From positions 32,001 through 96,000 of the IMG/VR virus record IMGVR_UViG_3300028920_000039: a stretch of 64,000 nucleotides of DNA. One strand, given 5' to 3'. This document shows positions 27,396 through 37,065 of the stretch, piece by piece (within the stretch, counting starts at the first letter, position 1; the number at the start of each line of letters is the position of its first letter). The notes under the pieces were generated by a model that ran no database searches, had not been told where the DNA came from, and saw only the letters and a list, made by a program, of their open reading frames with translations. This stretch comes from a virus. Position numbers and translations under genes: made by a program.

Positions 27396-28096
27396 ATCAC
27401 CTTCGTATTTACAGTGATATCATAGCAAATGCACTCCAAAGACCTTTGATACAAGGATATTCAGAGGTACATCACATAGTCCCTACTTGTATGGGAGGTG
27501 ACGATATAGATAGCAACAAAGTTGTGCTTACCGGGAGGGAACACTATTTGTGCCATTGGTTGCTGTATAAGATTCACGGAGGGAAGCTAGTTTATGCTTG
27601 GTATATGATGACGTACAACCCTTTTGGCAAAAGGTATACCTCTCACTCTTTTCAGTATGCTCGAGAGATGCATGCAAAGGAAATAGGAAAAATAGTGAGC
27701 AAAGCATTAACCGGTAGAAAACTACCAGAAGAAACGAAAAGAAAAGTGTCAAAAGCTCTAAAAGGCAGAAAAGGACAACCTCGTTCTGCAAAAACAAGAA
27801 GGAAGATATCTGCTGCTTTGAAAGGAAAACCTGGCCACTCTCAAAGCATAGAATCAAGAAGAAAAATATCATTGGCGCAAAAAGGAAGGAAGATGTCGGA
27901 AGCAGAGGTGGCAAAGATGATAGCTGCAGTAACGGGCGTCAGAAAAGCCCCCAGAACACAGAAACATTGTTTGCATTTGAGCATATCCCGGAAAAATTCA
28001 CCTGTTGTTGTGTGTCCTTACTGCAACAAAACAGGTCAAAAGTCAGTTATGACTAGATGGCATTTTGAGAATTGTAAATTGGCGAAGGGCAGTTGA
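27392..28096 (+). mobile_element. free-standing HNH homing endonuclease with NUMOD3-like repeats
   Basis: EVHHIVPTCMGG...LTGREHYLCHWLL; repeated E.(K/R).KIS.ALKG; C-terminal CPYC...WHFENC. Confidence 0.85.
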
Positions 28097-28335
28097 TGGC
28101 CTTTCCTCTCTTCAAAATCACTGGCAGAGTACAACAGGATCATATTCTCTACGGTGAAGATGCTATGAACCTGGGTGACCTGGGAAACAGCCTTGACCCA
28201 CGAGTGGTTCATTACTGCAAGATTCTGGAAGCCCACAAGAAAGAGTGCCCTATCTGTTCATGGCCCAGGTTTTATCCCAAGTGGCGAAAGTTTTGTCAGT
28301 TGTGTATTCGAGTGTTCAAAAGAAAGGTATTCTGA
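28096..28335 (+). CDS. small Cys-containing hypothetical protein
   Basis: CPICSW...CQLC; TGATG coupling. Confidence 0.5.
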   Translation: MAFPLFKITGRVQQDHILYGEDAMNLGDLGNSLDPRVVHYCKILEAHKKECPICSWPRFYPKWRKFCQLCIRVFKRKVF

Positions 28336-28496
28336 TGGGTGTAAAAGCGAAACGACGGCATGCTCGAAAGATGATCCTAAAAGTTCTCGAATCGAAAATT
28401 CCTGAATTGAAAAACGAGATCATCAAACAGATCAACAATTATCCCTTCTGGACTCGGGTTCACTTTGCTTGGAAGGTGGTTTTAGGCAAAATTTAG
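28335..28496 (+). CDS. small hypothetical protein
   Basis: TGATG coupling with upstream ORF. Confidence 0.45.
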   Translation: MGVKAKRRHARKMILKVLESKIPELKNEIIKQINNYPFWTRVHFAWKVVLGKI

Positions 28497-28589
28497 GCGG
28501 TTTAACGGAACAGGTCCGTTTTTGATCTTGTAAGTAACCGTGGAGTGTATGTTAGAGAAGTTTAACATGCATATATAAAGACGGGCACC

Positions 28590-28625
28590 TAAGCGGATCC
28601 GAGAGGATCCGCTTATTTCTTATTC
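28590..28625 (+). terminator. probable intrinsic terminator
   Basis: TAAGCGGATCC-GAGA-GGATCCGCTTA 11-bp stem with GNRA loop, followed by TTTCTTATT. Confidence 0.7.
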
Positions 28626-28692
28626 TCAATTCTAAACAATTCTTGAAAATAAAAAAGTAGTGTTGACTAGAAACTACATTTGTCATACCCTG

Positions 28693-28706
28693 GTGCTTAG
28701 TATAAC
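28693..28706 (+). promoter_or_regulatory. candidate phage promoter element GTGCTTAGTATAAC
   Basis: GTATAA(C/T) recurs in seven intergenic gaps upstream of gene starts. Confidence 0.45.
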
Positions 28707-28718
28707 TATTTTGACATT

Positions 28719-29237
28719 ATGAGTCTTCCTACGGTACAGAAACCAGCCTCTTTGATGATCATTGATAATCTCACTCAGCGTATGATGGAGATGGAAGTCA
28801 CTCCAGAAGACGCTTTGGATGAGCTAGTGTATCTTGATCCAGAAACTGAACTGGGCCGAGCCATGACCAAAGTCATGGTTGACATCGCAACGCTGAAGCT
28901 TCTGGATTACTACAAAGGCTACACTCGAGAAGCCAATGAGATCAAAATAGTACTTTCGTCAGAGGCACCAGTGGATAGCCTGAAAAAGCTGGTGTCACAG
29001 ATTGAGCAGGATGTCGAGGCTGTACCAGTGGGTTCTGATGAATCTACTCCATTGATCAACGCCGAACTGATGAAGTCCAACATGAGTGACAAGGATTTCG
29101 AGTGGATTCTGAAGCTGATGATATTCACTGAAGAGCCCGACGAGTTCGGCGATGTACCAGTTCAGATTAATATGGACGGCGAGATTTCAGTTGAAGATGA
29201 TGAAGAAGCACCTGTTCCTGGTGAGGAGGAAGAATGA
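28719..29237 (+). CDS. hypothetical protein (head gene block)
   Basis: 172-aa ORF, acidic tail. Confidence 0.7.
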   Translation: MSLPTVQKPASLMIIDNLTQRMMEMEVTPEDALDELVYLDPETELGRAMTKVMVDIATLKLLDYYKGYTREANEIKIVLSSEAPVDSLKKLVSQIEQDVEAVPVGSDESTPLINAELMKSNMSDKDFEWILKLMIFTEEPDEFGDVPVQINMDGEISVEDDEEAPVPGEEEE

Positions 29238-30481
29238 TGGAAAAGATCAAATGTGACTCTTGCGGGTATGAAACACCGCTCGAAGAGATGGATTTCCAAC
29301 TCGACGAAGCAGCTACGATGACCTGCCCGGTTTGCAACTCCAAGATCGAAATCACTGCCAAACTGCTTGAGCCCGGCACTCCTGGTCCTGAAGCGGAAGA
29401 GCTTCCCCCTTCTCCTGAGGAGCTTCCGGGTGAGGAAGAGGAGGAAGAGGAGGAAGAGTTGCCTTCAGGCGAGGAAGAAATGATGTCTGGCGAAGAAGAG
29501 GTCGGGCAGATTACTCCTCGTGAAAGCGTTGAGGAACGGGTGGCCCAAGCTCTCAAGGACATTAAGGAAGGCAAGGACGACAGGGAAGTCATCAGTCGTC
29601 TTCTGAACCCGCCAATGAGGGTGCATTCGCCTGCGAAGCTGGAGATGGGTGTGCCCAACCGCTTTCCCAGTGGTTTTGTGGTAGGTTCTGGTGAGTCCTT
29701 CAAAAATGAGTATGATTATGGGATCTGCTTTTCTCTTGAAGGCTACGTTGAAATATACAAGGATGATAAGGTTGTGACCCAGTTCCATCCTGATGAGGTG
29801 CAACTAGATTTTGCGGATTCAAAGAAGCGACCTTCTTCAGATCTTCAGGAACGCAAGGTGATTGATGTTACTCCTTCACCAGCCCACTATCGTCACATGC
29901 TCAAGATCATCATGCAGAACTCTCGGAGCAAGGCTGATCGTGATTGGGCCAAGGAAGAATACGAGCGTGTGAAAGACGTCAAAATGTGGCGGACAAAGGA
30001 CGAAGATCCGATGGCGAAGGATAAGATGCGTGAGTTTCCAGAGGAATCCAAGAAGCTCAACGAAAAAGAAGATGAGCTGAAGGATTGGAAGGGTGACTTT
30101 GCTACATTCAACGCAAAACTCTACGGTTGCGCCGAAGATCTGAACATTCCGATGGAAGAGTACGAGAAGGTCATCCAAGCACTGCAGGACAAAGACGCCA
30201 TTGGTCTCACCAACGATAAGGTAGAGCTGGATCTCAAGAAGACGAAGGATGTTCTGGTAGACTATCTGAAAGGTCGCGGTGCTGAAGCGGAAGAGGTCGT
30301 TGCTGCTACAGACGGCATGACTGAGCCACCGCCTGAACCACAGGATCTCGGAAATGATGAGATGGGCGGAGAGCTTGGTAGTGAGGTTCCGCCGATTGAG
30401 AGCAAGGTCACAGAGCAGGAAGAGGGTTCCGACTCTGTTGATGATGATGTGGAGCAGGTTCTTCGTAAGTACTTTGCATGA
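29234..30481 (+). CDS. acidic protein with N-terminal Zn ribbon, putative prohead core/internal protein
   Basis: CDSCG...CPVC; poly-Glu stretch; located upstream of the protease. Confidence 0.7.
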   Translation: MMEKIKCDSCGYETPLEEMDFQLDEAATMTCPVCNSKIEITAKLLEPGTPGPEAEELPPSPEELPGEEEEEEEEELPSGEEEMMSGEEEVGQITPRESVEERVAQALKDIKEGKDDREVISRLLNPPMRVHSPAKLEMGVPNRFPSGFVVGSGESFKNEYDYGICFSLEGYVEIYKDDKVVTQFHPDEVQLDFADSKKRPSSDLQERKVIDVTPSPAHYRHMLKIIMQNSRSKADRDWAKEEYERVKDVKMWRTKDEDPMAKDKMREFPEESKKLNEKEDELKDWKGDFATFNAKLYGCAEDLNIPMEEYEKVIQALQDKDAIGLTNDKVELDLKKTKDVLVDYLKGRGAEAEEVVAATDGMTEPPPEPQDLGNDEMGGELGSEVPPIESKVTEQEEGSDSVDDDVEQVLRKYFA

Positions 30482-30846
30482 ATGAAAGAGACCATATCCG
30501 GAAGATTTTCGAGAGTTGTGAGCATGGTGATGATGCGTCTGTTCCGTCCCCGGTTCGGCTGATTGAAGCCGGCCCATCGCAAGAGCTGCCGATTCAGATT
30601 CAGGCTAAGGTGATCATGACTGGTGCTCTTCTTGAATCTTCTTTCAAGGAGAAAGCCACAGACGAACCCACAGAGGCGAAGAGTTTCACATTGAATCTTG
30701 ACTGGGAGTCCATTAGCGAACAACTCAACAAGGCTGTGAGAGAAGTGGTGGAGGGCCATGCCGGTTGTTCAATATATGCTCAAGGCGGTGGCAATTACTA
30801 TCTTGAATCCTGCTTTGTAAATGAGGAATTCAACCGTAGAAGTTGA
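30478..30846 (+). CDS. hypothetical protein
   Basis: ATGA coupling. Confidence 0.65.
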   Translation: MNERDHIRKIFESCEHGDDASVPSPVRLIEAGPSQELPIQIQAKVIMTGALLESSFKEKATDEPTEAKSFTLNLDWESISEQLNKAVREVVEGHAGCSIYAQGGGNYYLESCFVNEEFNRRS

Positions 30847-30865
30847 CTAGCAAAGGAGAAGAATC

Positions 30866-31231
30866 ATGGCTGGTGAACGCGTCGAAAGAGATCAGATCGT
30901 CCTGAGAGACCCTACAGGCTGGGTAATGTCAGATGTCCCAATTCACTTTGCGGGAATGGCTGTGTTCATGCGTAACGACTCTAATAGTCCCGCTACTTTC
31001 AGAATTCACGAGAGTGAAAACGGTACTGTTTGGAGTTTGGTGTTGTTTTCAACACATAACGCGTCGGCATTAGCAAGTTTGACAATTGCTCCTTTAAGCT
31101 TCGCAGTAGCTTTGTTTACCTCTGCAGAGCAGTTTGTCAGGCTTTCACTGGCAGATGAGAACCAGGCGGGAGTGTACTGCTCATTGGTCCAGTACCCACC
31201 GAAGGGTCTGGAAGACCTGCCGGGGTATTGA
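30866..31231 (+). CDS. small beta-sandwich protein, paralog of 7487..7831
   Basis: AAGGAG RBS; MRNDSNSPATFRIHESENGTVWSLV. Confidence 0.7.
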   Translation: MAGERVERDQIVLRDPTGWVMSDVPIHFAGMAVFMRNDSNSPATFRIHESENGTVWSLVLFSTHNASALASLTIAPLSFAVALFTSAEQFVRLSLADENQAGVYCSLVQYPPKGLEDLPGY

Positions 31232-31683
31232 TCATGAACGACATCAGAGAGAACATCAAAGACATTCTGGTACCTGCAACCACTGAAGCAGAGAAACCGA
31301 TTGACCCCGAAGAGCTGGCTGACAAGTTTGACCCGAGTGCTTTGGAAGCGGAGATTGCAAAACGCCTTGACTTCAAGCCTGCTGGTCTTGAAGTGCTCTT
31401 CAACACCGATGATAAGAAGGCTCGAGTTGAGATAACCAGTGATAACCTGGTTGATAAAGCAGGCATCATGGACCAGGTTTTCTCTGAGGTGGGAATTTAC
31501 AACTTCGGTGGATCCGTAGGATATGATCCTGATGAAGGTACATATGCTTGGGTTCCTGTTCACATGAGTTGGGAACATGTTAGTGGCGGAAGCAACGGTG
31601 GGAAGATGTTTGATGCTTTTTACTTCTTCGACACTGGTCGATGGGAGTTCAGGGATCTGGAACGCTATGCTCCACCAGAGTAA
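31228..31683 (+). CDS. hypothetical protein
   Basis: 151-aa ORF in a coupled operon. Confidence 0.7.
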   Translation: MIMNDIRENIKDILVPATTEAEKPIDPEELADKFDPSALEAEIAKRLDFKPAGLEVLFNTDDKKARVEITSDNLVDKAGIMDQVFSEVGIYNFGGSVGYDPDEGTYAWVPVHMSWEHVSGGSNGGKMFDAFYFFDTGRWEFRDLERYAPPE

Positions 31684-31699
31684 ACGGATTTGTGATTAA

Positions 31700-32689
31700 A
31701 TGGAGGATGCAATGAAAGAAGCCAAAGAGAAAGAAGTAGTGGATCTGGAAGGCCGCACCAAGAAGGTGCTGGACAACATGGCCAAGTCCTTTGAAAGGAT
31801 GAGGGACGAAGCCAACAGTCTGATGATGGGCCAGGACAAGTATTGGGCTCACATCATGAAGGGCGTGAAGGAAGAGGCTCAGATTACAGATCGTGATCTT
31901 CTTCTGGCCGGCATGCCGGCTCCTTTGGTGATGGAAGTTATCAGTCTGGAAGAGCAGCCTGCTACTAAGACGTCCACCTACAAAACAGTCTATCTCAAGA
32001 AGAAGGATGGGTCGCAGCAGTCGGTTCCTTTCGATAAAGCGGCAAAGGACATTACACCTTACTCCAAGGCTTTTGAAGGGAACGGCGTCAAAGCAATGGT
32101 GATGGGTGATCCCGACGCTATCCTGAAAGTGTTCCAGAAGCTGTATGGTGATGATATCGTTCAGTGGAGTGTGCCGGCGGAAGAGTCAGCGTTCTTGTTT
32201 CCATCTCTTCAAGCTGCCATTTTGACGGAGATGTACAATGTTGTGAAGTTTCAGAAGGAATCGGCACTCTTTGAGTTGAAGGAAGCCAAGCTTGTTGTCA
32301 AGGAGGACGCAGCCAAGAGAATGGCTGATGCCTTTGACAAGGAAGACAGGCAGGAGCTTCTGGACCTGTTCCCGAATGTGATTCCTGACTATCCGATGCA
32401 GTTGGTGCAGGAAACGAAGACAGTGCTTAACCTCTTGTCCAGTGATGAGATGGCTCGGCTGTTCCCAAACATCAATTCGGAGTATCTCGTCAATTTGAAG
32501 GAATCCGAACTGGAAGAGCTGGCGAATCAGATGGAGGTGGAAATGGCACGCGGGAATGCAGGACGCGGAAGTCGTGGCGCGTGTGGGGGGACTCGCAGAC
32601 GCGACGGATCGGGAGGAGGCGTCGGGAACCGTGGGACCAAGCGGCAACCGAAGAAGAAAAAGAATGCGAAGAAAGGTAAGCCTGCGTGA
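31700..32689 (+). CDS. putative prohead core protein with basic Gly/Arg-rich C-terminal module
   Basis: repeated x-E-S/L-x-E sites; abrupt basic tail MARGNAGRG...KKGKPA. Confidence 0.7.
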   Translation: MEDAMKEAKEKEVVDLEGRTKKVLDNMAKSFERMRDEANSLMMGQDKYWAHIMKGVKEEAQITDRDLLLAGMPAPLVMEVISLEEQPATKTSTYKTVYLKKKDGSQQSVPFDKAAKDITPYSKAFEGNGVKAMVMGDPDAILKVFQKLYGDDIVQWSVPAEESAFLFPSLQAAILTEMYNVVKFQKESALFELKEAKLVVKEDAAKRMADAFDKEDRQELLDLFPNVIPDYPMQLVQETKTVLNLLSSDEMARLFPNINSEYLVNLKESELEELANQMEVEMARGNAGRGSRGACGGTRRRDGSGGGVGNRGTKRQPKKKKNAKKGKPA

Positions 32690-32970
32690 TTCCACCGCTT
32701 GATATCGGAGGAAACTACGTCATAGGGATTCGGAGGTACAGAGACCCATTTATTGTTTTTGTGCTTCCGAATCAGGATTCTTACGAACTAGATATACAGG
32801 AAGCAGAGACGTACATGAAGCTGTTGAAGGTACCGGTTGAGTGCAAGTTTCTGGATTACGTCTGGAACTTTCACGCTGGTAAGCTTACGTTGGACGATAT
32901 GAGATTGGGACCATTGACAGTTGAACAGGCAGAGGCTTACATCAAGAGGCCTGATGCAGTAGCATTTTAG
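32686..32970 (+). CDS. hypothetical protein
   Basis: GTGA coupling. Confidence 0.6.
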   Translation: MIPPLDIGGNYVIGIRRYRDPFIVFVLPNQDSYELDIQEAETYMKLLKVPVECKFLDYVWNFHAGKLTLDDMRLGPLTVEQAEAYIKRPDAVAF

Positions 32971-32977
32971 GAGTAAC

Positions 32978-33241
32978 ATGAACCAGCTTAGAGAAAGCAT
33001 CAAGAAGATCTTGACACCAACGGTGAAGGAAGGTCTTCTATCTCCTCAAGAGGATAAGGGTACTGAAGAAGGCAGTCTTGAAAAAGCCCTTACTGGTGCT
33101 GAGCTGAAGAACTTCCCGAAAGCAATGAAGCGCCTCGGTAAGCGGTTCTCCACACCTGTAAGGTACAGGAAGGGTCACAAGCGCAAGCCAAGAAAGAAAA
33201 AAGGTGAAGCAGAAGAACAAGAAGCAAGGAGTGCACAATGA
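32978..33241 (+). CDS. small basic/charged hypothetical protein
   Basis: AGGAG RBS. Confidence 0.65.
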   Translation: MNQLRESIKKILTPTVKEGLLSPQEDKGTEEGSLEKALTGAELKNFPKAMKRLGKRFSTPVRYRKGHKRKPRKKKGEAEEQEARSAQ

Positions 33242-35400
33242 AGCTGACAGAAGCGAATGCACCGGATATTTTCATTCCTACCAAGAAGCCTCAGCTGGTA
33301 GAATCCGCTGACGGTTCGAGGTCGGCGCTGGTTTGCGAAGGGATCTTCAGTAAGATCAACGCTCGCAATGAGAACAACCGTCGGTATCCGATGACAGTGT
33401 TTCGGAAGAATCTGGCCGAAGGCTCTGCTTTTCGTAAGCGCATGCAGGCTCGTTCAGTGCTTGGTGAGTTGGAGCATCCAGAGAGTGGTAACACCCATCT
33501 GGAACGAGTTTCCCATCTTATTACAGATGCATGGATCGAGGAGTTGACTGAGCAGAAGATCAAGGACATGAACCTTGATTCTACTCTTGTCAAGCCGGGC
33601 ACCTATGTGCTGGGTAAGTACGAAGTTCTCAACACCCCTCGAGGTGGCATTCTCAGGGCGCTGCACGAAGCCAACGTTAGGGTAGGTATTTCGTCTCGCG
33701 GTCGTGGCGATGTGCGAAATGTGGATGGTGTAGACGAAGTTTGCGATGACTACGAGTTGGATACTTGGGACACGGTTTATATGCCGAGTGTGGTGGAAGC
33801 CAACCCTTCTCCGAAGGTCGTTGAGCAGGCAGGTGGTCTTGGTTCGCAACTCCCTTCTGCGGCTCCGCAGGAGCAGGGAGGCGGAATTACCGGCATCGAC
33901 TCAGACGTCACTCCTAATAATGCAGTTCCAGGCAACTGGAAGCCTGAAGCAGAAGAGATCGTCCGGGCATTGGAAGACACTATTGCGGCAGAGCAAGTTG
34001 ACATTGTCAAGATGGTTGAGCTTCTGCCACGTGGCGTCAATCTGATTGATCAGCTGGCTTCGTTGGAAGACGAAGAAGCCATTAAGCTGAAGAGTCAGGC
34101 GTTGTCACTCATTCGTGTGCTTACTAATAAGATTACAGCTATTGAAACAGGCAAGATGCAGCCTGATAGTGGCGGTGAAGTTGGTGGTGGGGGCGGTGGC
34201 GAGAAGAAGCCTCCTAAGGAGAAAGAGGGCGGCGAGAAGAAGGAGAAAGAGAAAGAGGAGAAGCCCAAGAAGAAAGAGAAAGAGGAGAAGCTCAAGAAGA
34301 AAGAGGAGGAATCGGTTGAAGAGGGCACATTCACCGATCTCGCATCTTCTATCGCCAAGGAACGTCAAGGTGGGGAAGCGACTATGTTCAAGGGCGACAT
34401 CGAAGCCGAATTGAACAAAGCAGGCCATGAACCGACAGACGTTATGGTGACTGAACTCGCCAACGAACTTCGAGCACAAGGGATGGCGGTTGACGCAGAG
34501 AAGTATGAGCATCTCGGCGAAGCCACCAAGGAGAAGATGGACATGATGGTCGACGGTTCTATCGTCTCCGTCAGCGCCAAGAATCTGCTGAAGCGCTTGA
34601 AAGAGCACTACGAGGATCTTGATGCAGAGTGCCCTTGTGCAGTGAAGGACTTCCTGGAGAAACAGGAAGACGATGTCCTCGTTCGAATCTGCTCGAAAGG
34701 GGGCCAAGGATACGTGGTTCGTTTGCTGGAGCCTAGCGTTGGCGAAAGTAACATATTCGTTAAGTATGGGGATGTCAAACCCGCTCAGACAGAGTCAACT
34801 GAAAAGGAGGAAGAGATGAACTTGAAGAAAATGTTGGAGGAACTCGTTAGGAAGAACGACGAACTCCAGAAGCAGTTGGAGGCGAAGGGCGAAGAAGGTG
34901 TACCGAAGATCAGGTACGAAGCTGCCAAGAAGCTCATCGGCCGGTTGGTTGAGAAGCTGAAGGACTCGAACAAAACAGCGGCTCACGAGTCGAAGCGCGT
35001 TGCGGCGGCTACCAAACTTCTTCACAAGCTCGTCAATGAGCGTAAGGGTAAGGAACCTGAGAAGGAAGTTACCACGGAAGGTAAGAAAGATAAAAGACCG
35101 GCAGTGACTGAAAGGAAAGAAACCAAATCCGAAGAGACGCCTGCTGCTGAAGAAGAGAAGAAGGAAAGCAAGGAGGAAAAGAAGGACGCTCCTTCTTCTT
35201 TGGACGAGGCGCTTGCGACGTCTGCGATGGACGTACGGAAGGAGCGTCAGGAACGTCTGATCGCAGCTCCGGAAAAGATAACGGAAGACAGCGCCGATCG
35301 TCGAAAGAGGATTCGCGGCAAGAAGCCTGCGACCGTGGTCGAAGCTAAGCCTCGCCCGACCAACGTGATGGAAGCGCTCAATAGGAAGCTGCAAGGTTAA
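33238..35400 (+). CDS. gp21: prohead core protease (T4 gp21-like) fused to long scaffold-like coiled coil
   Basis: NENNRRYP, LGELEHP, VSHLIT, NTPRG, GISSRGRG, DTVYMPS motifs; ~480-aa charged C-terminal extension. Confidence 0.9.
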   Translation: MKLTEANAPDIFIPTKKPQLVESADGSRSALVCEGIFSKINARNENNRRYPMTVFRKNLAEGSAFRKRMQARSVLGELEHPESGNTHLERVSHLITDAWIEELTEQKIKDMNLDSTLVKPGTYVLGKYEVLNTPRGGILRALHEANVRVGISSRGRGDVRNVDGVDEVCDDYELDTWDTVYMPSVVEANPSPKVVEQAGGLGSQLPSAAPQEQGGGITGIDSDVTPNNAVPGNWKPEAEEIVRALEDTIAAEQVDIVKMVELLPRGVNLIDQLASLEDEEAIKLKSQALSLIRVLTNKITAIETGKMQPDSGGEVGGGGGGEKKPPKEKEGGEKKEKEKEEKPKKKEKEEKLKKKEEESVEEGTFTDLASSIAKERQGGEATMFKGDIEAELNKAGHEPTDVMVTELANELRAQGMAVDAEKYEHLGEATKEKMDMMVDGSIVSVSAKNLLKRLKEHYEDLDAECPCAVKDFLEKQEDDVLVRICSKGGQGYVVRLLEPSVGESNIFVKYGDVKPAQTESTEKEEEMNLKKMLEELVRKNDELQKQLEAKGEEGVPKIRYEAAKKLIGRLVEKLKDSNKTAAHESKRVAAATKLLHKLVNERKGKEPEKEVTTEGKKDKRPAVTERKETKSEETPAAEEEKKESKEEKKDAPSSLDEALATSAMDVRKERQERLIAAPEKITEDSADRRKRIRGKKPATVVEAKPRPTNVMEALNRKLQG

Positions 35401-35412
35401 CAGAGTACAAGT

Positions 35413-35450
35413 AGAAAGGGTCGATATTCGTTCGGCCCTTTCTCTTTGTG
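35413..35450 (+). terminator. stem-loop between scaffold and capsid genes
   Basis: AGAAAGGGTCGA / TCGGCCCTTTCT 12-bp stem (one G-U) followed by CTTTGTG. Confidence 0.55.
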
Positions 35451-35580
35451 TGAAAACAGTTGTGCTTCTAAACAAGAAAAAAGTATAACTATAACAGAAC
35501 CGGATTTTTTGTGAAGCGCTGACGAAGGCTGTTAGCAATCCTTTCACAATATTCCTACCCCATAACCTGAGGTACATGTA

Positions 35581-37044
35581 ATGAGAGGCGAAGAAGCCAA
35601 ACATATGCTGGAAACACAACAGGCCAAGGGGTTGTTCCTGGCGGAACGCTGGTGCCAGTTCCCGGGTAAGTCCATTCGCGGATATGAAAAGAGCGATCAG
35701 GTCGACTTCCTGGGTGGCATTGAAGAGGACCATCAGCGCGCTGTAATGGCGCAGATGTATGAGAATACGTTCAAGTGGCTCAATGGGCTGGATGAATCGA
35801 CCAGGACACTTCAGGTCGGTTCGTTCGAAAAGTTCGTGTTCCCCGTCCTCCGCGCCGTCATGGCCAACCTGGTAGCGGCCGACCTTGTTACAGTGAGTCC
35901 GCTGGACGCACCGACAGGGCTTGTGTTCTACTTTGACGTACTCTACGGATCCAACAAGGGCAACATTGCTCGCGGGACGAAGATGTACGACGTTCGTTCT
36001 GGTCCATCCCAGAGTTACCACTATACGGACGAAATTGTGGAACAAGAAAATGAGGGCACTGGCGATGGAGCCACAGCCCAGTTCACAGGCAACCTGGCTT
36101 ACACACCTGTACGTCCAGGAACAGTCTTGATTACCGATGGTACTCTGCGTGTCACAGATGATGGTAATGGCAACCTCGTTGGCAACGTCAACGCTGGTGG
36201 CAACAACACCATTAGCTACGTCACAGGCGCCTTCGATGTTACCTTCTCGGCTAACATCGGCAATGGTGACGACGTCACGGCAACATACGAGTACAACAGT
36301 GAGGCCAATGCCGGCACGCCGGAAATCGACCTCCAACTGACATCGGCTCCGGTGACAGCTCGCACTCAGAAGCTGCGTGCGCGTTGGTCGCTGGAAGCGC
36401 AGCAGGACTTCCAGAGCTACCACGGCATTAGTGCTGAGGTGGAGCTGGTGGCTTTCATGGCGAATGAAATCGCCAAGGAGCTGAACTACAAGGTGATCCG
36501 TCACCTTCGTCAGGTGGCTTCTGCGGGCACAGTGACATGGGATCGCACTCCTCCGACGGGCGTTCCGTGGATCTGGCACAAAGAGTCCATCTATGATGCT
36601 CTCGTGCAGCAAAGCAATCTGATCTTCGACGCGACGCAGCGCGCCGTCGGTAACTGGATCGTCGCGGCCACTTCGGTCTGCAACGTTCTGGAAACCATTT
36701 CGAAGTTCAGTGGTTCCGCTGAAGGTACCACATCGCCTTCCGGTCTCGCGGGCGTCCGCAAGATTGGTAAGGTCGGTGATTTTGATCTGTACAAGGATCC
36801 TACCTATCCGGACGGGGAGTTCATCATGGGCCACAAGGGCTCGAGCTTCTTGGACACAGGGTATATCTATGCTCCTTATCTGCAGCTGTTCACAACCGGC
36901 ACCATCACGCTGGATGACATGATCAGCCGTAAGGGGATGGGTATGCGCACCGGTCTCAAGGTGATCAACAGCAAGATGTACGGTACTGGTACTGTTGAGC
37001 AGACCGGTTTGCCGTTCAGCTGTGATCCTGCTTGTCCTGCGTAA
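35581..37044 (+). CDS. gp23: major capsid protein (T4 gp23-like)
   Basis: LAERW, AQMYEN, PLDAPTGLVFY, ARTQKLRARWSLEAQQD, EIAKELN, GYIYAPYLQL. Confidence 0.95.
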   Translation: MRGEEAKHMLETQQAKGLFLAERWCQFPGKSIRGYEKSDQVDFLGGIEEDHQRAVMAQMYENTFKWLNGLDESTRTLQVGSFEKFVFPVLRAVMANLVAADLVTVSPLDAPTGLVFYFDVLYGSNKGNIARGTKMYDVRSGPSQSYHYTDEIVEQENEGTGDGATAQFTGNLAYTPVRPGTVLITDGTLRVTDDGNGNLVGNVNAGGNNTISYVTGAFDVTFSANIGNGDDVTATYEYNSEANAGTPEIDLQLTSAPVTARTQKLRARWSLEAQQDFQSYHGISAEVELVAFMANEIAKELNYKVIRHLRQVASAGTVTWDRTPPTGVPWIWHKESIYDALVQQSNLIFDATQRAVGNWIVAATSVCNVLETISKFSGSAEGTTSPSGLAGVRKIGKVGDFDLYKDPTYPDGEFIMGHKGSSFLDTGYIYAPYLQLFTTGTITLDDMISRKGMGMRTGLKVINSKMYGTGTVEQTGLPFSCDPACPA

Positions 37045-37065
37045 GGATATCCTGCGATCATATCG

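Noticed and set aside
26967-28096. HNH gene as part of a group I intron splitting queD
   Set aside because: QueD appears complete (ends VHET.TGWAEW) and no downstream exon is evident
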